Position numbers and translations under genes: made by a program. Source: Escherichia phage dhaeg. Taken from it: a stretch of 64,000 nucleotides of DNA. The notes under the pieces are model-generated. The model did no database searches and was not told the origin of the DNA. It saw only the letters and a program-made list of their open reading frames with translations. The stretch lies in sequence record MN850609.1, one strand, 5' to 3'. This document shows positions 47,380 through 55,151 of the stretch, piece after piece; the first letter of the stretch is position 1, and every line of letters begins with the position of its first letter.

Positions 47380-47658
47380 ATGGACCTAAATTCAAAGATT
47401 TTAATTCTAGCGTTCGCTGTGGCCATCTCTTATATTGTTCTTTCGCCCATCATGGATGATGTGGCTTACAAAAGAGAGATAGAAGTTGTAGCAGCGACGT
47501 ATAATGCTAATAATAAAGAATGTCCTAATAAAAATGGAATGGATTTAATTAAAGCGCATTATATGCTTTCCATTACCTCGCCTATACAGAGGAATTGGGT
47601 TGAATATAATTTTAACGACGTGTTCTATTCTTATTGTCGTAAGCTTAAAAAGCTATAA
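47380..47658 (+). CDS. small membrane-anchored protein
   Basis: 92 aa; N-terminal TM ILILAFAVAISYIVLSPIM. Confidence 0.55.
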   Translation: MDLNSKILILAFAVAISYIVLSPIMDDVAYKREIEVVAATYNANNKECPNKNGMDLIKAHYMLSITSPIQRNWVEYNFNDVFYSYCRKLKKL

Positions 47659-47751
47659 ATAGTAATACTAACCGTAGAGCTTTAGCTTTTGGTAATCGCT
47701 ATCGGTTAAGGCCGAAAGGCAAATTCGTATAAAATAACAAAGGACTTTTGT

Positions 47752-48045
47752 ATGGGTATTTTCCGTACAGTGGCTTGTATCCTTATGATTGGATGTTTAA
47801 GCCCGACATCTTCACTAGCAAACAAATCCGACCCTAAATTGATGGATGCCTTTGCTAGTAGTGCGATGCCAGTTTATGCGCAAATGAGTAAACCTAGTGT
47901 AAAGGCTTCCGAAGACTACTGGGCTTATGTAACTGCTTCTTGGAAAATTTCAAATTGCAATACAATAGAGTCTTGCTCGATTGAAGGTCGGGCTATCGGA
48001 GAACGATACGCTAAACTAATGAAGGTAGATGATGAAATTCAATGA
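47752..48045 (+). CDS. rI: lysis-inhibition regulator RI (antiholin)
   Basis: 97 aa (same as T4); signal-anchor N-terminus; C-terminal C.IEGRA.GERYAKLMKV resembles T4 CIERGAEMAQSYARIMNI; adjacent to tk. Confidence 0.8.
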   Translation: MGIFRTVACILMIGCLSPTSSLANKSDPKLMDAFASSAMPVYAQMSKPSVKASEDYWAYVTASWKISNCNTIESCSIEGRAIGERYAKLMKVDDEIQ

Positions 48046-48415
48046 TTTCGTACTTAGTCGAGGGACTGAAGTAGATTCTTATATTGGCTGGCTGTTGGTT
48101 TCTTTAGCCTATTTTAAGTCAGCCCATTTGGAAACCAAAAGCTATGCAAGACACAAAGCATATGACTTCTATTATACAGAAGTTCAAGGACCACTAGACC
48201 AGTTCAGTGAACAGTATTTAGGATTTAGTGGCAAAGAATATAAAGCATCACTACCGTCTGCTTCAGAACTGCCTAAAGACCCCATAGATTTTCTTGATGA
48301 ACTTATTAAAGCGTCTGATAAAATCTACAAAAATCTTCCTAAGGCCATCCAATCGACTTTGGACGACATCACTGGTGTCTTTTACCAGACTAAGTATTTG
48401 TTAACGTTAGAATAA
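48029..48415 (+). CDS. hypothetical protein
   Basis: 128 aa, overlaps the rI end. Confidence 0.55.
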   Translation: MMKFNDFVLSRGTEVDSYIGWLLVSLAYFKSAHLETKSYARHKAYDFYYTEVQGPLDQFSEQYLGFSGKEYKASLPSASELPKDPIDFLDELIKASDKIYKNLPKAIQSTLDDITGVFYQTKYLLTLE

Positions 48416-48420
48416 TCAAA

Positions 48421-48446
48421 GGTCTCACTTCGGTGGGACCTTTTTT
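48421..48446 (+). terminator. rho-independent terminator (UUCG loop)
   Basis: GGTCTCA-CTTCGG-TGGGACC-TTTTTT. Confidence 0.8.
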
Positions 48447-48455
48447 CGTTTTAGT

Positions 48456-48484
48456 GTTTACATCCTCTAGGAACGTGATACTAT
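48456..48484 (+). promoter_or_regulatory. T4-type early promoter cassette
   Basis: GTTTAC-17-TACTAT + AGACCTATCAACTAATGAGGAGAATAAAATG. Confidence 0.75.
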
Positions 48485-48512
48485 AGACCTATCAACTAAT
48501 GAGGAGAATAAA

Positions 48513-48743
48513 ATGAAAACCATCACCAACCTGAAAGTTATCGATATCGCTAAAGCTTCTAAAGCACTTAAAGTTAAAGCTGAAGATTTTGAAAACGCTA
48601 CCTTTGCTATTATCGAACAAAACGGTAAAGTAACTGGTTTAGAAGTTTATGAAGCTACTAAGTTCCAATCACAGCCTAAAATGGTTATTGGTACTAAATC
48701 TGTAGCTATCGAAAAAGCTTTGGCATTATTCGAAAAAATTTAA
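48513..48743 (+). CDS. hypothetical protein
   Basis: 76 aa. Confidence 0.6.
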   Translation: MKTITNLKVIDIAKASKALKVKAEDFENATFAIIEQNGKVTGLEVYEATKFQSQPKMVIGTKSVAIEKALALFEKI

Positions 48744-48756
48744 TGAGGAAAATATT

Positions 48757-48939
48757 ATGTTAACTACCGAACAGATTGAGAAAATTATCAAACTCGCCCA
48801 GCACATTGAAAACGCATCCAATGACCTGGCTGTTGAATATTGTGAAGGTTATTCGTATTCCGGAATAGAGCAGTGTAAACGAGATTTGGCTAACTCTAAA
48901 GCAGCCTTGGTTGAGTATCTTAATGGGTTGAAAGCATAG
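48757..48939 (+). CDS. hypothetical protein
   Basis: 60 aa; TGAGGAAAATATTATG TIR. Confidence 0.55.
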   Translation: MLTTEQIEKIIKLAQHIENASNDLAVEYCEGYSYSGIEQCKRDLANSKAALVEYLNGLKA

Positions 48940-49196
48940 TGGCCGTTGGATTTGCTAAGGACGGGGCCGAACAGCTCGAAATGGAAGCGGTCGTACAGGC
49001 CGCTATAGTACACGCCCGTAAGCAAGTAGCAGTTGAACGTGAATCGGCTAAATATTGTTTTGATTGTGATGAAGAGATTCCTGAAGCACGACGTCAAGCT
49101 ATTAAGGGTGTGATATACTGTGTAGGTTGTCAGTCAATGCATGATGAAATTTTTAAACGTGAGCCACGTAACTGTTGGCATAGGAGCATGAGATGA
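48939..49196 (+). CDS. TraR/DksA-family C4 zinc-finger protein (GTG start)
   Basis: 85 aa; CFDCDEEIPEARRQAIKGVIYCVGC = C-x2-C-x17-C-x2-C with the family's typical IPEARR segment. Confidence 0.7.
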   Translation: MAVGFAKDGAEQLEMEAVVQAAIVHARKQVAVERESAKYCFDCDEEIPEARRQAIKGVIYCVGCQSMHDEIFKREPRNCWHRSMR

Positions 49197-49288
49197 TTTA
49201 CTATCTTGAACCTTGGGCTTGGCTTACAATGCTTATTGGTCCAGTTTTAATAGGTTTATTCTTTTCACGGTTAGCGAGGAAACTGTAA
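49193..49288 (+). CDS. 31-aa hydrophobic micro-protein
   Basis: MIYYLEPWAWLTMLIGPVLIGLFFSRLARKL; ATGA and TAATG coupling on both sides. Confidence 0.45.
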   Translation: MIYYLEPWAWLTMLIGPVLIGLFFSRLARKL

Positions 49289-49497
49289 TGTTATACGACC
49301 CGAGTGGTAATTCTGAAGATGGTGTTATTGTTTTGAAACCTGAAACATTAGCAGGTTCAGGTGATGATATGACTGTTGAAGTGGTAGAGTGGAATCTTAT
49401 TAAAGGCGGAATTGTCCTGGAACAAGATGACGAGGTCATTTATCTGGATGCAAGCCAAGTCGAAGAGCTTTATAGTATTTTAAAACATAACCGGTGA
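49288..49497 (+). CDS. hypothetical protein
   Basis: 69 aa from the coupled ATG. Confidence 0.5.
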   Translation: MLYDPSGNSEDGVIVLKPETLAGSGDDMTVEVVEWNLIKGGIVLEQDDEVIYLDASQVEELYSILKHNR

Positions 49498-49500
49498 TTT

Positions 49501-49683
49501 ATGAAAACCAAAGAAAAGCACTTAAAGCTTGAAGAGCTTATCGAGGCCTATGCTGGTACAGTTGCCAGATTCGAAACAGCATTTTGTCACCATTACTCGG
49601 TTGATGATTGTACTAGGCTTTCTAAAGAAGAAGATAAAGCCCTTAAAGAATTGCTAAATTTTATTAAACAAAATGTGAAATGA
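49501..49683 (+). CDS. hypothetical protein
   Basis: 60 aa. Confidence 0.5.
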   Translation: MKTKEKHLKLEELIEAYAGTVARFETAFCHHYSVDDCTRLSKEEDKALKELLNFIKQNVK

Positions 49684-49693
49684 GGAACGGAAA

Positions 49694-50254
49694 ATGATTA
49701 TTGAAACATCTGGGCTGTTTGGTGACCTGACTGCTGAAGTAGTTGATAATGCAATTGTGCTTTCACAAGAAGACGATAAAATCGTACTGACTATCCAAGA
49801 TATCAAGCCGCTTTATGATTTAAAGGTTTTGGACAAACACGAATATCTTAATGGCAGATTTAGAGGTGTATTTGATATTAATGATGGTTTATGGGCCCAG
49901 ATTTATAACCATGACAAAGGGTTTAATTTGGAAACAGACGGAGAATGTCTGAGCATTAGCGATTCTAGTAATTTCTTTAAATGTATTTTTAAACTGTTCC
50001 AGGAAGAATGCAAGCCGGAAGTTGAATGGAAAGTCCCTGGTCAAGATGCCGTAATTCGTTCTAGTGAAACATTTGAAGGTGATGAAGAAGAAATGGATTA
50101 TGATACCGAACTAACCGTGTATCAACACCAGGGCCGTGATTTGCTATCCTTGGTCCAAAGACACGACGGTGAAAATGAAGTTGTATTTACGAAGGACGAG
50201 CTAAAAGTTTTAGTATCTTATCTGAACTCTGTTATCCCAACTATGAACTCTTAA
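49694..50254 (+). CDS. hypothetical protein
   Basis: 186 aa, GAGGAA SD. Confidence 0.6.
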   Translation: MIIETSGLFGDLTAEVVDNAIVLSQEDDKIVLTIQDIKPLYDLKVLDKHEYLNGRFRGVFDINDGLWAQIYNHDKGFNLETDGECLSISDSSNFFKCIFKLFQEECKPEVEWKVPGQDAVIRSSETFEGDEEEMDYDTELTVYQHQGRDLLSLVQRHDGENEVVFTKDELKVLVSYLNSVIPTMNS

Positions 50255-50263
50255 GGAAATATT

Positions 50264-50716
50264 ATGATTATCAATGAAAACTCTTGGCATGTTAAATTAC
50301 ATGACCGCTTTTATGCCAGTTATTCGCGTCCGCGATCATTATGCGCATACTTCTGGAAAATGGTTTGGGTGTGCTTTATGTGTTCTGTGCTTGCAGGTAG
50401 TACTATTTTCGGCTTAACTGTTGCAGGTGCCGGTATATTGGAGCAGTTCTTTGTATTGAGTACTCCTGTTGGTTTAAGTTTAGGTTTTATTTTAGGACTG
50501 ATTATAATAGCCCTTATTCTAGCGGTAGCTTTTGGTTTGGTGTATGGTCTAATGAATTTATGGGCCCGGTACGATTTACGTAAAGAAGAAAAAGAATGGG
50601 AACGCATTAAAGCTAAACGTGAAGGAAAGGAAATTAAAGAAAATGTTTTCATTCAATATATTAAAGCTCGTAAATCTAAGATGTGTCCGGTAATCCATTT
50701 TGAGGCTAAGAAATGA
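50264..50716 (+). CDS. membrane protein (3 hydrophobic helices, basic C-tail)
   Basis: 150 aa; FWKMVWVCFMCSVLAGSTIFGLTVAGAGIL, PVGLSLGFILGLIIIALILAVAFGLVYGLM. Confidence 0.6.
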   Translation: MIINENSWHVKLHDRFYASYSRPRSLCAYFWKMVWVCFMCSVLAGSTIFGLTVAGAGILEQFFVLSTPVGLSLGFILGLIIIALILAVAFGLVYGLMNLWARYDLRKEEKEWERIKAKREGKEIKENVFIQYIKARKSKMCPVIHFEAKK

Positions 50717-51723
50717 GAACAGTTATGAAAGGCTACTTCGGTAGCCACCTTTATGGAACAAGTACTCCGGAATCTGATGTCGATTTTAAAGAAATCTTTG
50801 TTCCACATCCGCGTGATATTCTGTTAGGTACGGCAATGAACCATACCAACCTGAACACGAATAACACTGCTTCCAAAAACACTAAAGATGATGTTGACCA
50901 TGAGCTTTACAGTCTGAAATATTTCTTTAAACTAGCTGCTGAAGGCGAAACCGTTGCTCTGGATATGCTCCACACTCCGCCTGAAATGGTGGTTAAATCT
51001 GATTTACCTGATGTATGGAAATTTATCCAAGATAACCGTTCGCGTTTCTATACAACCAACATGAAAGCCTATTTAGGGTACGTCCGTAAGCAAGCTTCTA
51101 AATATGGTGTTAAGGGTTCTCGACTGGCTGCTTTACGTGGTGTACTGGCAATTGTTAACCAGATTCCTGAACAGTGGGTTGATTATCAAGAAGATGGTTC
51201 TACTAAGCAACGACGTACTAAGGTAGAAGATATTAAGCACCGGCTCCCTGAAAATGAGTTCTGTGAATGGGTATTTCATAACCACGAGAAAACAGGTCCT
51301 CAAACGTTCTATACCGTCCTCGGTCGTAAATACCAAACTACTTTGTCATTAATCGAGCTCAAGCAATCTCTGAATAAACTTGATGCCGAATATGGTGAAC
51401 GTGCTCGTAAGGCCGAAGCCAATGAAGGTATTGACTGGAAAGCTCTGAGCCACGCTTATCGTGCTGGATATCAGTTGAAGGAAATCTATCAAACAGGCGA
51501 TTTGGTTTATCCACTTAAAAATGCTTCTATTATTAAAGCAATAAAAGCAGGTGATATGCCTTTTAAAGTGGTCCAAGGGCTGCTAGAAAACATTGTTGAT
51601 GAAGTTGAAGTCCTGGCTGTACAAGCTCATAAGAACGGTATACCTGAGAAGGTGGACATGAAGTTCTGGGACAAGTTCGTCGAAGAGGTGTATCTTGACA
51701 ACCACAACTCTTATTACCGCTAA
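50713..51723 (+). CDS. Pol-beta-superfamily nucleotidyltransferase (RlaP/COG3541-like)
   Basis: 336 aa; N-terminal GSHLYGTSTPESDVDF = G-S-x-x-Y-G ... D-x-D NTase signature. Confidence 0.7.
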   Translation: MRTVMKGYFGSHLYGTSTPESDVDFKEIFVPHPRDILLGTAMNHTNLNTNNTASKNTKDDVDHELYSLKYFFKLAAEGETVALDMLHTPPEMVVKSDLPDVWKFIQDNRSRFYTTNMKAYLGYVRKQASKYGVKGSRLAALRGVLAIVNQIPEQWVDYQEDGSTKQRRTKVEDIKHRLPENEFCEWVFHNHEKTGPQTFYTVLGRKYQTTLSLIELKQSLNKLDAEYGERARKAEANEGIDWKALSHAYRAGYQLKEIYQTGDLVYPLKNASIIKAIKAGDMPFKVVQGLLENIVDEVEVLAVQAHKNGIPEKVDMKFWDKFVEEVYLDNHNSYYR

Positions 51724-51919
51724 AGAAGAAATCAAGGTTTTCCTGTCATATGGAAGACCTCATAAAACCTGTCGTTGGTATCTTGAAGTAGTTTGTAGAG
51801 AAACCGGTAGACGAATCAATTTCAAGTACGTATGCAAGCCTACGTCTAAGCAGATAAGACGGTGTATTAACTGGGCTATCAATAATATCCGCTTCCATAA
51901 TTATTGGAGCGCAATTTAG
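51695..51919 (+). CDS. possible small basic protein (non-ATG start, uncertain)
   Basis: 74-aa frame that fills the 196 nt up to the terminator but has only a TTG start and no clear SD. Confidence 0.3.
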   Translation: MTTTTLITAKEEIKVFLSYGRPHKTCRWYLEVVCRETGRRINFKYVCKPTSKQIRRCINWAINNIRFHNYWSAI

Positions 51920-51941
51920 GAACCTTCGGGTTCCTTTTTTT
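51919..51941 (+). terminator. rho-independent terminator (UUCG loop)
   Basis: GGAACC-TTCG-GGTTCC-TTTTTTT. Confidence 0.85.
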
Positions 51942-51960
51942 GGGTTCAGCACAAAAAAGT

Positions 51961-51989
51961 GTTTACAACCTAGTAGAGCATGTTATTAT
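51961..51989 (+). promoter_or_regulatory. T4-type early promoter cassette
   Basis: GTTTAC-17-TATTAT + GGACCTATCAAATCTACTGAGTGAAACGGAGAATATAATG. Confidence 0.7.
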
Positions 51990-52026
51990 GGACCTATCAA
52001 ATCTACTGAGTGAAACGGAGAATATA

Positions 52027-53007
52027 ATGTTAACTATCAAAATCAACAAAGGTATCTATCGAGGTAATGAAATCTCTGGTACGTTCATGAGTTCAGGTAA
52101 AACCTGGTTCCCTAATAAAATTCATGAATCCGAAGCTCACCTCGGTGACGGCAAGGTATTTGTACAGATTGATGGTGTTGAACGTGGTGTGTGGGTGTTC
52201 AAATGTGACATCGAAATGGAAGGTGCTGAAGCTCCTGCAATGGTCACCGAATCCGCTGAAGAAATGAAACACCGCATCAACAAACGTTTTAAAGTAATGA
52301 ACATGATGACTAACGGAATCATCGATGGTAAAATTCGTTCCCTTATCATCTCTGGTGCCGCAGGTATTGGTAAAACATACTCTTTGGATAAAGCATTACA
52401 AAATGCCCATGAAAATGAAACTATCGAATATAAATCAATCAACGGAAAGATTAGTGGAATCGGTCTTTACGAGCAGCTTTGGAATAACCGCGGCCCTAAT
52501 AGTGTTCTTCTTATTGATGATGTTGATGTATTCTCTGACATGGATATCCTGAACCTTCTGAAAGCCGCATTGGATACTGGTGAAAAACGTAAGGTGTGTT
52601 GGAGCACTTCAAGTTCTTACCTCGACGATAAAAATATCGATAAAGAATTCGAATACGAAGGCACCATCGTGTTCATCACCAACGTTGATATTGACCGTGA
52701 ATTAGAGCGTGGAACTAAACTTGCTCCACACCTCCAGGCTTTAGTATCTCGTTCCGTTTATCTCGACTTGGGTGTTCACTCAAACGAAGAGATTATGGTT
52801 CGGGTTGAAGACGTTATCCTGTCCACTGATATGATGCAAAACCGAGGTCTGACCGATGCCGAGACTTATCAAGCTTTAGCATGGATGAAGGCTAATGTAT
52901 CTCGTCTTCGTAACGTATCATTACGTACAGCTCTTTATCTGGCGGACTTCATTGCCACCGATAAAAATGACTGGAGCGAAATCGCTGAAGTTACACTTCT
53001 GAAATAA
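52027..53007 (+). CDS. AAA+ ATPase
   Basis: 326 aa from the ATG after GGAGAATATA; Walker A GAAGIGKTY, Walker B VLLIDDVD, sensor-like VFITN. Confidence 0.75.
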   Translation: MLTIKINKGIYRGNEISGTFMSSGKTWFPNKIHESEAHLGDGKVFVQIDGVERGVWVFKCDIEMEGAEAPAMVTESAEEMKHRINKRFKVMNMMTNGIIDGKIRSLIISGAAGIGKTYSLDKALQNAHENETIEYKSINGKISGIGLYEQLWNNRGPNSVLLIDDVDVFSDMDILNLLKAALDTGEKRKVCWSTSSSYLDDKNIDKEFEYEGTIVFITNVDIDRELERGTKLAPHLQALVSRSVYLDLGVHSNEEIMVRVEDVILSTDMMQNRGLTDAETYQALAWMKANVSRLRNVSLRTALYLADFIATDKNDWSEIAEVTLLK

Positions 53008-53017
53008 AGGTGAAATT

Positions 53018-53359
53018 ATGTTCGAACAATTTAGTTATGACCTTATAAAAACAGAGTTGAAATACTCTAATGCCATGAAACAGTCTATTGAAGACTATGA
53101 TAATGAATTTAAACACCAATTCGCCGAGAAGGTTTACAAAACCGATTGTGAAGAAGGAGACTACAAGAGACTGGCCTTGGCCGCGAAGACCCAAGCCTTA
53201 ATAAATCTAGACCGTAAGCAGGTTAAGTTGGCAGGCGACTTCAGAGATGAACTCTGCGCCATCAGGAACGAATACCTTATTCGTATTAAACACCAACGGA
53301 AAGAGAACACCCAATCCGCATGGTTTAGTGGGCAAGCCGGTGAAAAAAGTTTTTATTAG
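53018..53359 (+). CDS. hypothetical protein
   Basis: 113 aa. Confidence 0.55.
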   Translation: MFEQFSYDLIKTELKYSNAMKQSIEDYDNEFKHQFAEKVYKTDCEEGDYKRLALAAKTQALINLDRKQVKLAGDFRDELCAIRNEYLIRIKHQRKENTQSAWFSGQAGEKSFY

Positions 53360-53361
53360 TT

Positions 53362-53390
53362 GTTTACATCTCCAGTAGAAATGATACTAT
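53362..53390 (+). promoter_or_regulatory. T4-type early promoter cassette
   Basis: GTTTAC-17-TACTAT + AGACCTATCAACTAATGGAGG. Confidence 0.75.
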
Positions 53391-53416
53391 AGACCTATCA
53401 ACTAATGGAGGTTATC

Positions 53417-53941
53417 ATGAACGCTAAAGATATTTTTTCACTGATTAATTTTAACAATGGTAATTTCAAATCTGAAAAACAAAGCAAGTTCTTTAACGAC
53501 GTTGCTTGTGGTAATGAGATTACCGTATCTGGAGGAGAGATTTACAAAAGCCGTTGGAACTGGATTGTTATCATCGATTCAGTTGGTATTGTAGAGCTCT
53601 ATAAAAACACTAACAAAAAACGTACTCTTCACTGGAGTCGTGAAACCAATCAAGCTTATCAAGCCGAGCGTAATAAACGTTTAATGCCTACTGAATCTGA
53701 CCTGGCAAACGTTAAATCAGATATCGCTTATTTTGATAACTTGATTGCCGAACAACAAGCGGTTATTGATAAGTTTGACGAAATCAAAGCTTGTAAAGAG
53801 ATTCCTGAATTTATGCGGGAATCAGTAAACGAACAGTATGCCCTCACTTCAGGTCGTATCGAGCAGTACAAATCACAACGAGCTGAACGCCAAGCTCTGC
53901 TTCAGAAATTTGAAGAGCGTTTAAAGACGGTTCTCGCATAA
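53417..53941 (+). CDS. variable-head / C-terminal coiled-coil protein 1
   Basis: 174 aa; C-terminal IAYFDNLIAEQQAVIDKFDEI...QRAERQALLQKFEERL. Confidence 0.6.
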   Translation: MNAKDIFSLINFNNGNFKSEKQSKFFNDVACGNEITVSGGEIYKSRWNWIVIIDSVGIVELYKNTNKKRTLHWSRETNQAYQAERNKRLMPTESDLANVKSDIAYFDNLIAEQQAVIDKFDEIKACKEIPEFMRESVNEQYALTSGRIEQYKSQRAERQALLQKFEERLKTVLA

Positions 53942-53942
53942 A

Positions 53943-53967
53943 CGCTTTATACCAAGGATGGTATAAT
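53943..53967 (+). promoter_or_regulatory. candidate middle promoter (MotA-box-like CGCTTTA-12 bp-TATAAT)
   Basis: Spacing fits T4 middle promoters; core GGTATAATGGTTCTAGGTTCTT also occurs at 3664-3686. Confidence 0.5.
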
Positions 53968-54004
53968 GGTTCTAGGTTCTTAATTACTTACTGAGGAAAT
54001 TATT

Positions 54005-54850
54005 ATGTCACAAGCAATTAATCAAATTCGTTCTGAAGTTAAAAAAGTTGTTAAATTTGGTCGTATTCCTAGTTCTAAAGAAGTGGTTGAAAAGGTCCTA
54101 TATATGATGTGGGACAAGTTCAATGTTTGTACTGTTAAAGATGACTTTATTAAAATCTTTGACAAGACTAAAGGTTCGTTTACGTTAGAAGACCGGGTCA
54201 TGAAAACTCTTCGTAAAACAGGTATGTTGTCTCGTGCTAATGCCAAAATTATTCTTAAAAATTATAACAAAGGCTACGACCTTTATGGTCGTTTAATCCC
54301 GGCGATGTCATTTGGTGAAGTTGTTCAAGACCTTCATGCCAACCAACGACGTTTACTGGCTCTTGGCGCTCGACTTGCAAAAGGTCTTGATAAACAAATG
54401 ACATTTAAGACTAACGGTTCAGGTGATTGGATTATCTTTAATATTGTTAACCACCCTGGAAATGAAAATGAGTATACCATTTCGACTTTTAGTGGTTGTC
54501 AATACGACAACTGGAAGTTCCATCTGCGCTTGGCCCTGTCTGAATTAGAACAACACGGTGTTCTTAGTTTTGGTGATGCTGAAACTGGAGTAGGTCAGCG
54601 TATTAAACTTTATAAAATTAAAGACCTGGCTGAAGAGCATTCAGAACAAGCTCCTAAAATGGAACCTGTACCAGTGCGCAGCAATGAGAAACATCAGGCC
54701 CAGATTGAGTATTTTAGCAATTTGCTTACTTGCTTGAATGTTACAATCCAACAACAAGATGATGAGATTTTCCGACTCTCTGGTCTTAATGCCAAAGCTA
54801 AGGCTGAACGCCAGAAATATATCGATATCCTAAATCTTCTTAAGGATTAA
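54005..54850 (+). CDS. variable-head / C-terminal coiled-coil protein 2
   Basis: 281 aa; C-terminal IEYFSNLLTCLNVTIQQQDDEI...AKAERQKYIDILNLL. Confidence 0.6.
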   Translation: MSQAINQIRSEVKKVVKFGRIPSSKEVVEKVLYMMWDKFNVCTVKDDFIKIFDKTKGSFTLEDRVMKTLRKTGMLSRANAKIILKNYNKGYDLYGRLIPAMSFGEVVQDLHANQRRLLALGARLAKGLDKQMTFKTNGSGDWIIFNIVNHPGNENEYTISTFSGCQYDNWKFHLRLALSELEQHGVLSFGDAETGVGQRIKLYKIKDLAEEHSEQAPKMEPVPVRSNEKHQAQIEYFSNLLTCLNVTIQQQDDEIFRLSGLNAKAKAERQKYIDILNLLKD

Positions 54851-54852
54851 TT

Positions 54853-54933
54853 ATGGAATGGCTCGCTGTTCTTGGTTATGTAATCGTAGCCACGGGTGTT
54901 CTGTGGCTAATTTTCTCAAACATTATAGGTTAA
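54853..54933 (+). CDS. 26-aa hydrophobic micro-protein
   Basis: MEWLAVLGYVIVATGVLWLIFSNIIG; AAGGA SD. Confidence 0.4.
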   Translation: MEWLAVLGYVIVATGVLWLIFSNIIG

Positions 54934-54934
54934 T

Positions 54935-55150
54935 ATGGAAATCTTAGGTTTTATTCTCCTTTACTTTGTGCTAGGATTTATGACGACCTTTATCATTCAT
55001 AAATCAGGTGATTGGAATCCGATCGAAATTGAATCAAGCTATGATGCAGTATTCATTACACTAGTATGGCCCCTACTTTGGGTTGTTTTGGTCATTATGA
55101 TGGTGTTTTGGCCTATCGCTAAATTCTATGAAAAATTATTTGGACTTTAA
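54935..55150 (+). CDS. small 2-TM membrane protein
   Basis: 71 aa; ILGFILLYFVLGFMTTFII and VFITLVWPLLWVVLVIMMVFWPI. Confidence 0.55.
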   Translation: MEILGFILLYFVLGFMTTFIIHKSGDWNPIEIESSYDAVFITLVWPLLWVVLVIMMVFWPIAKFYEKLFGL

Positions 55151-55151
55151 T

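Noticed and set aside
47727-47735. TATAAAATA upstream of rI as a possible late promoter.
   Set aside because: It deviates from the TATAAATA core by an inserted A. It cannot be called without TSS data.
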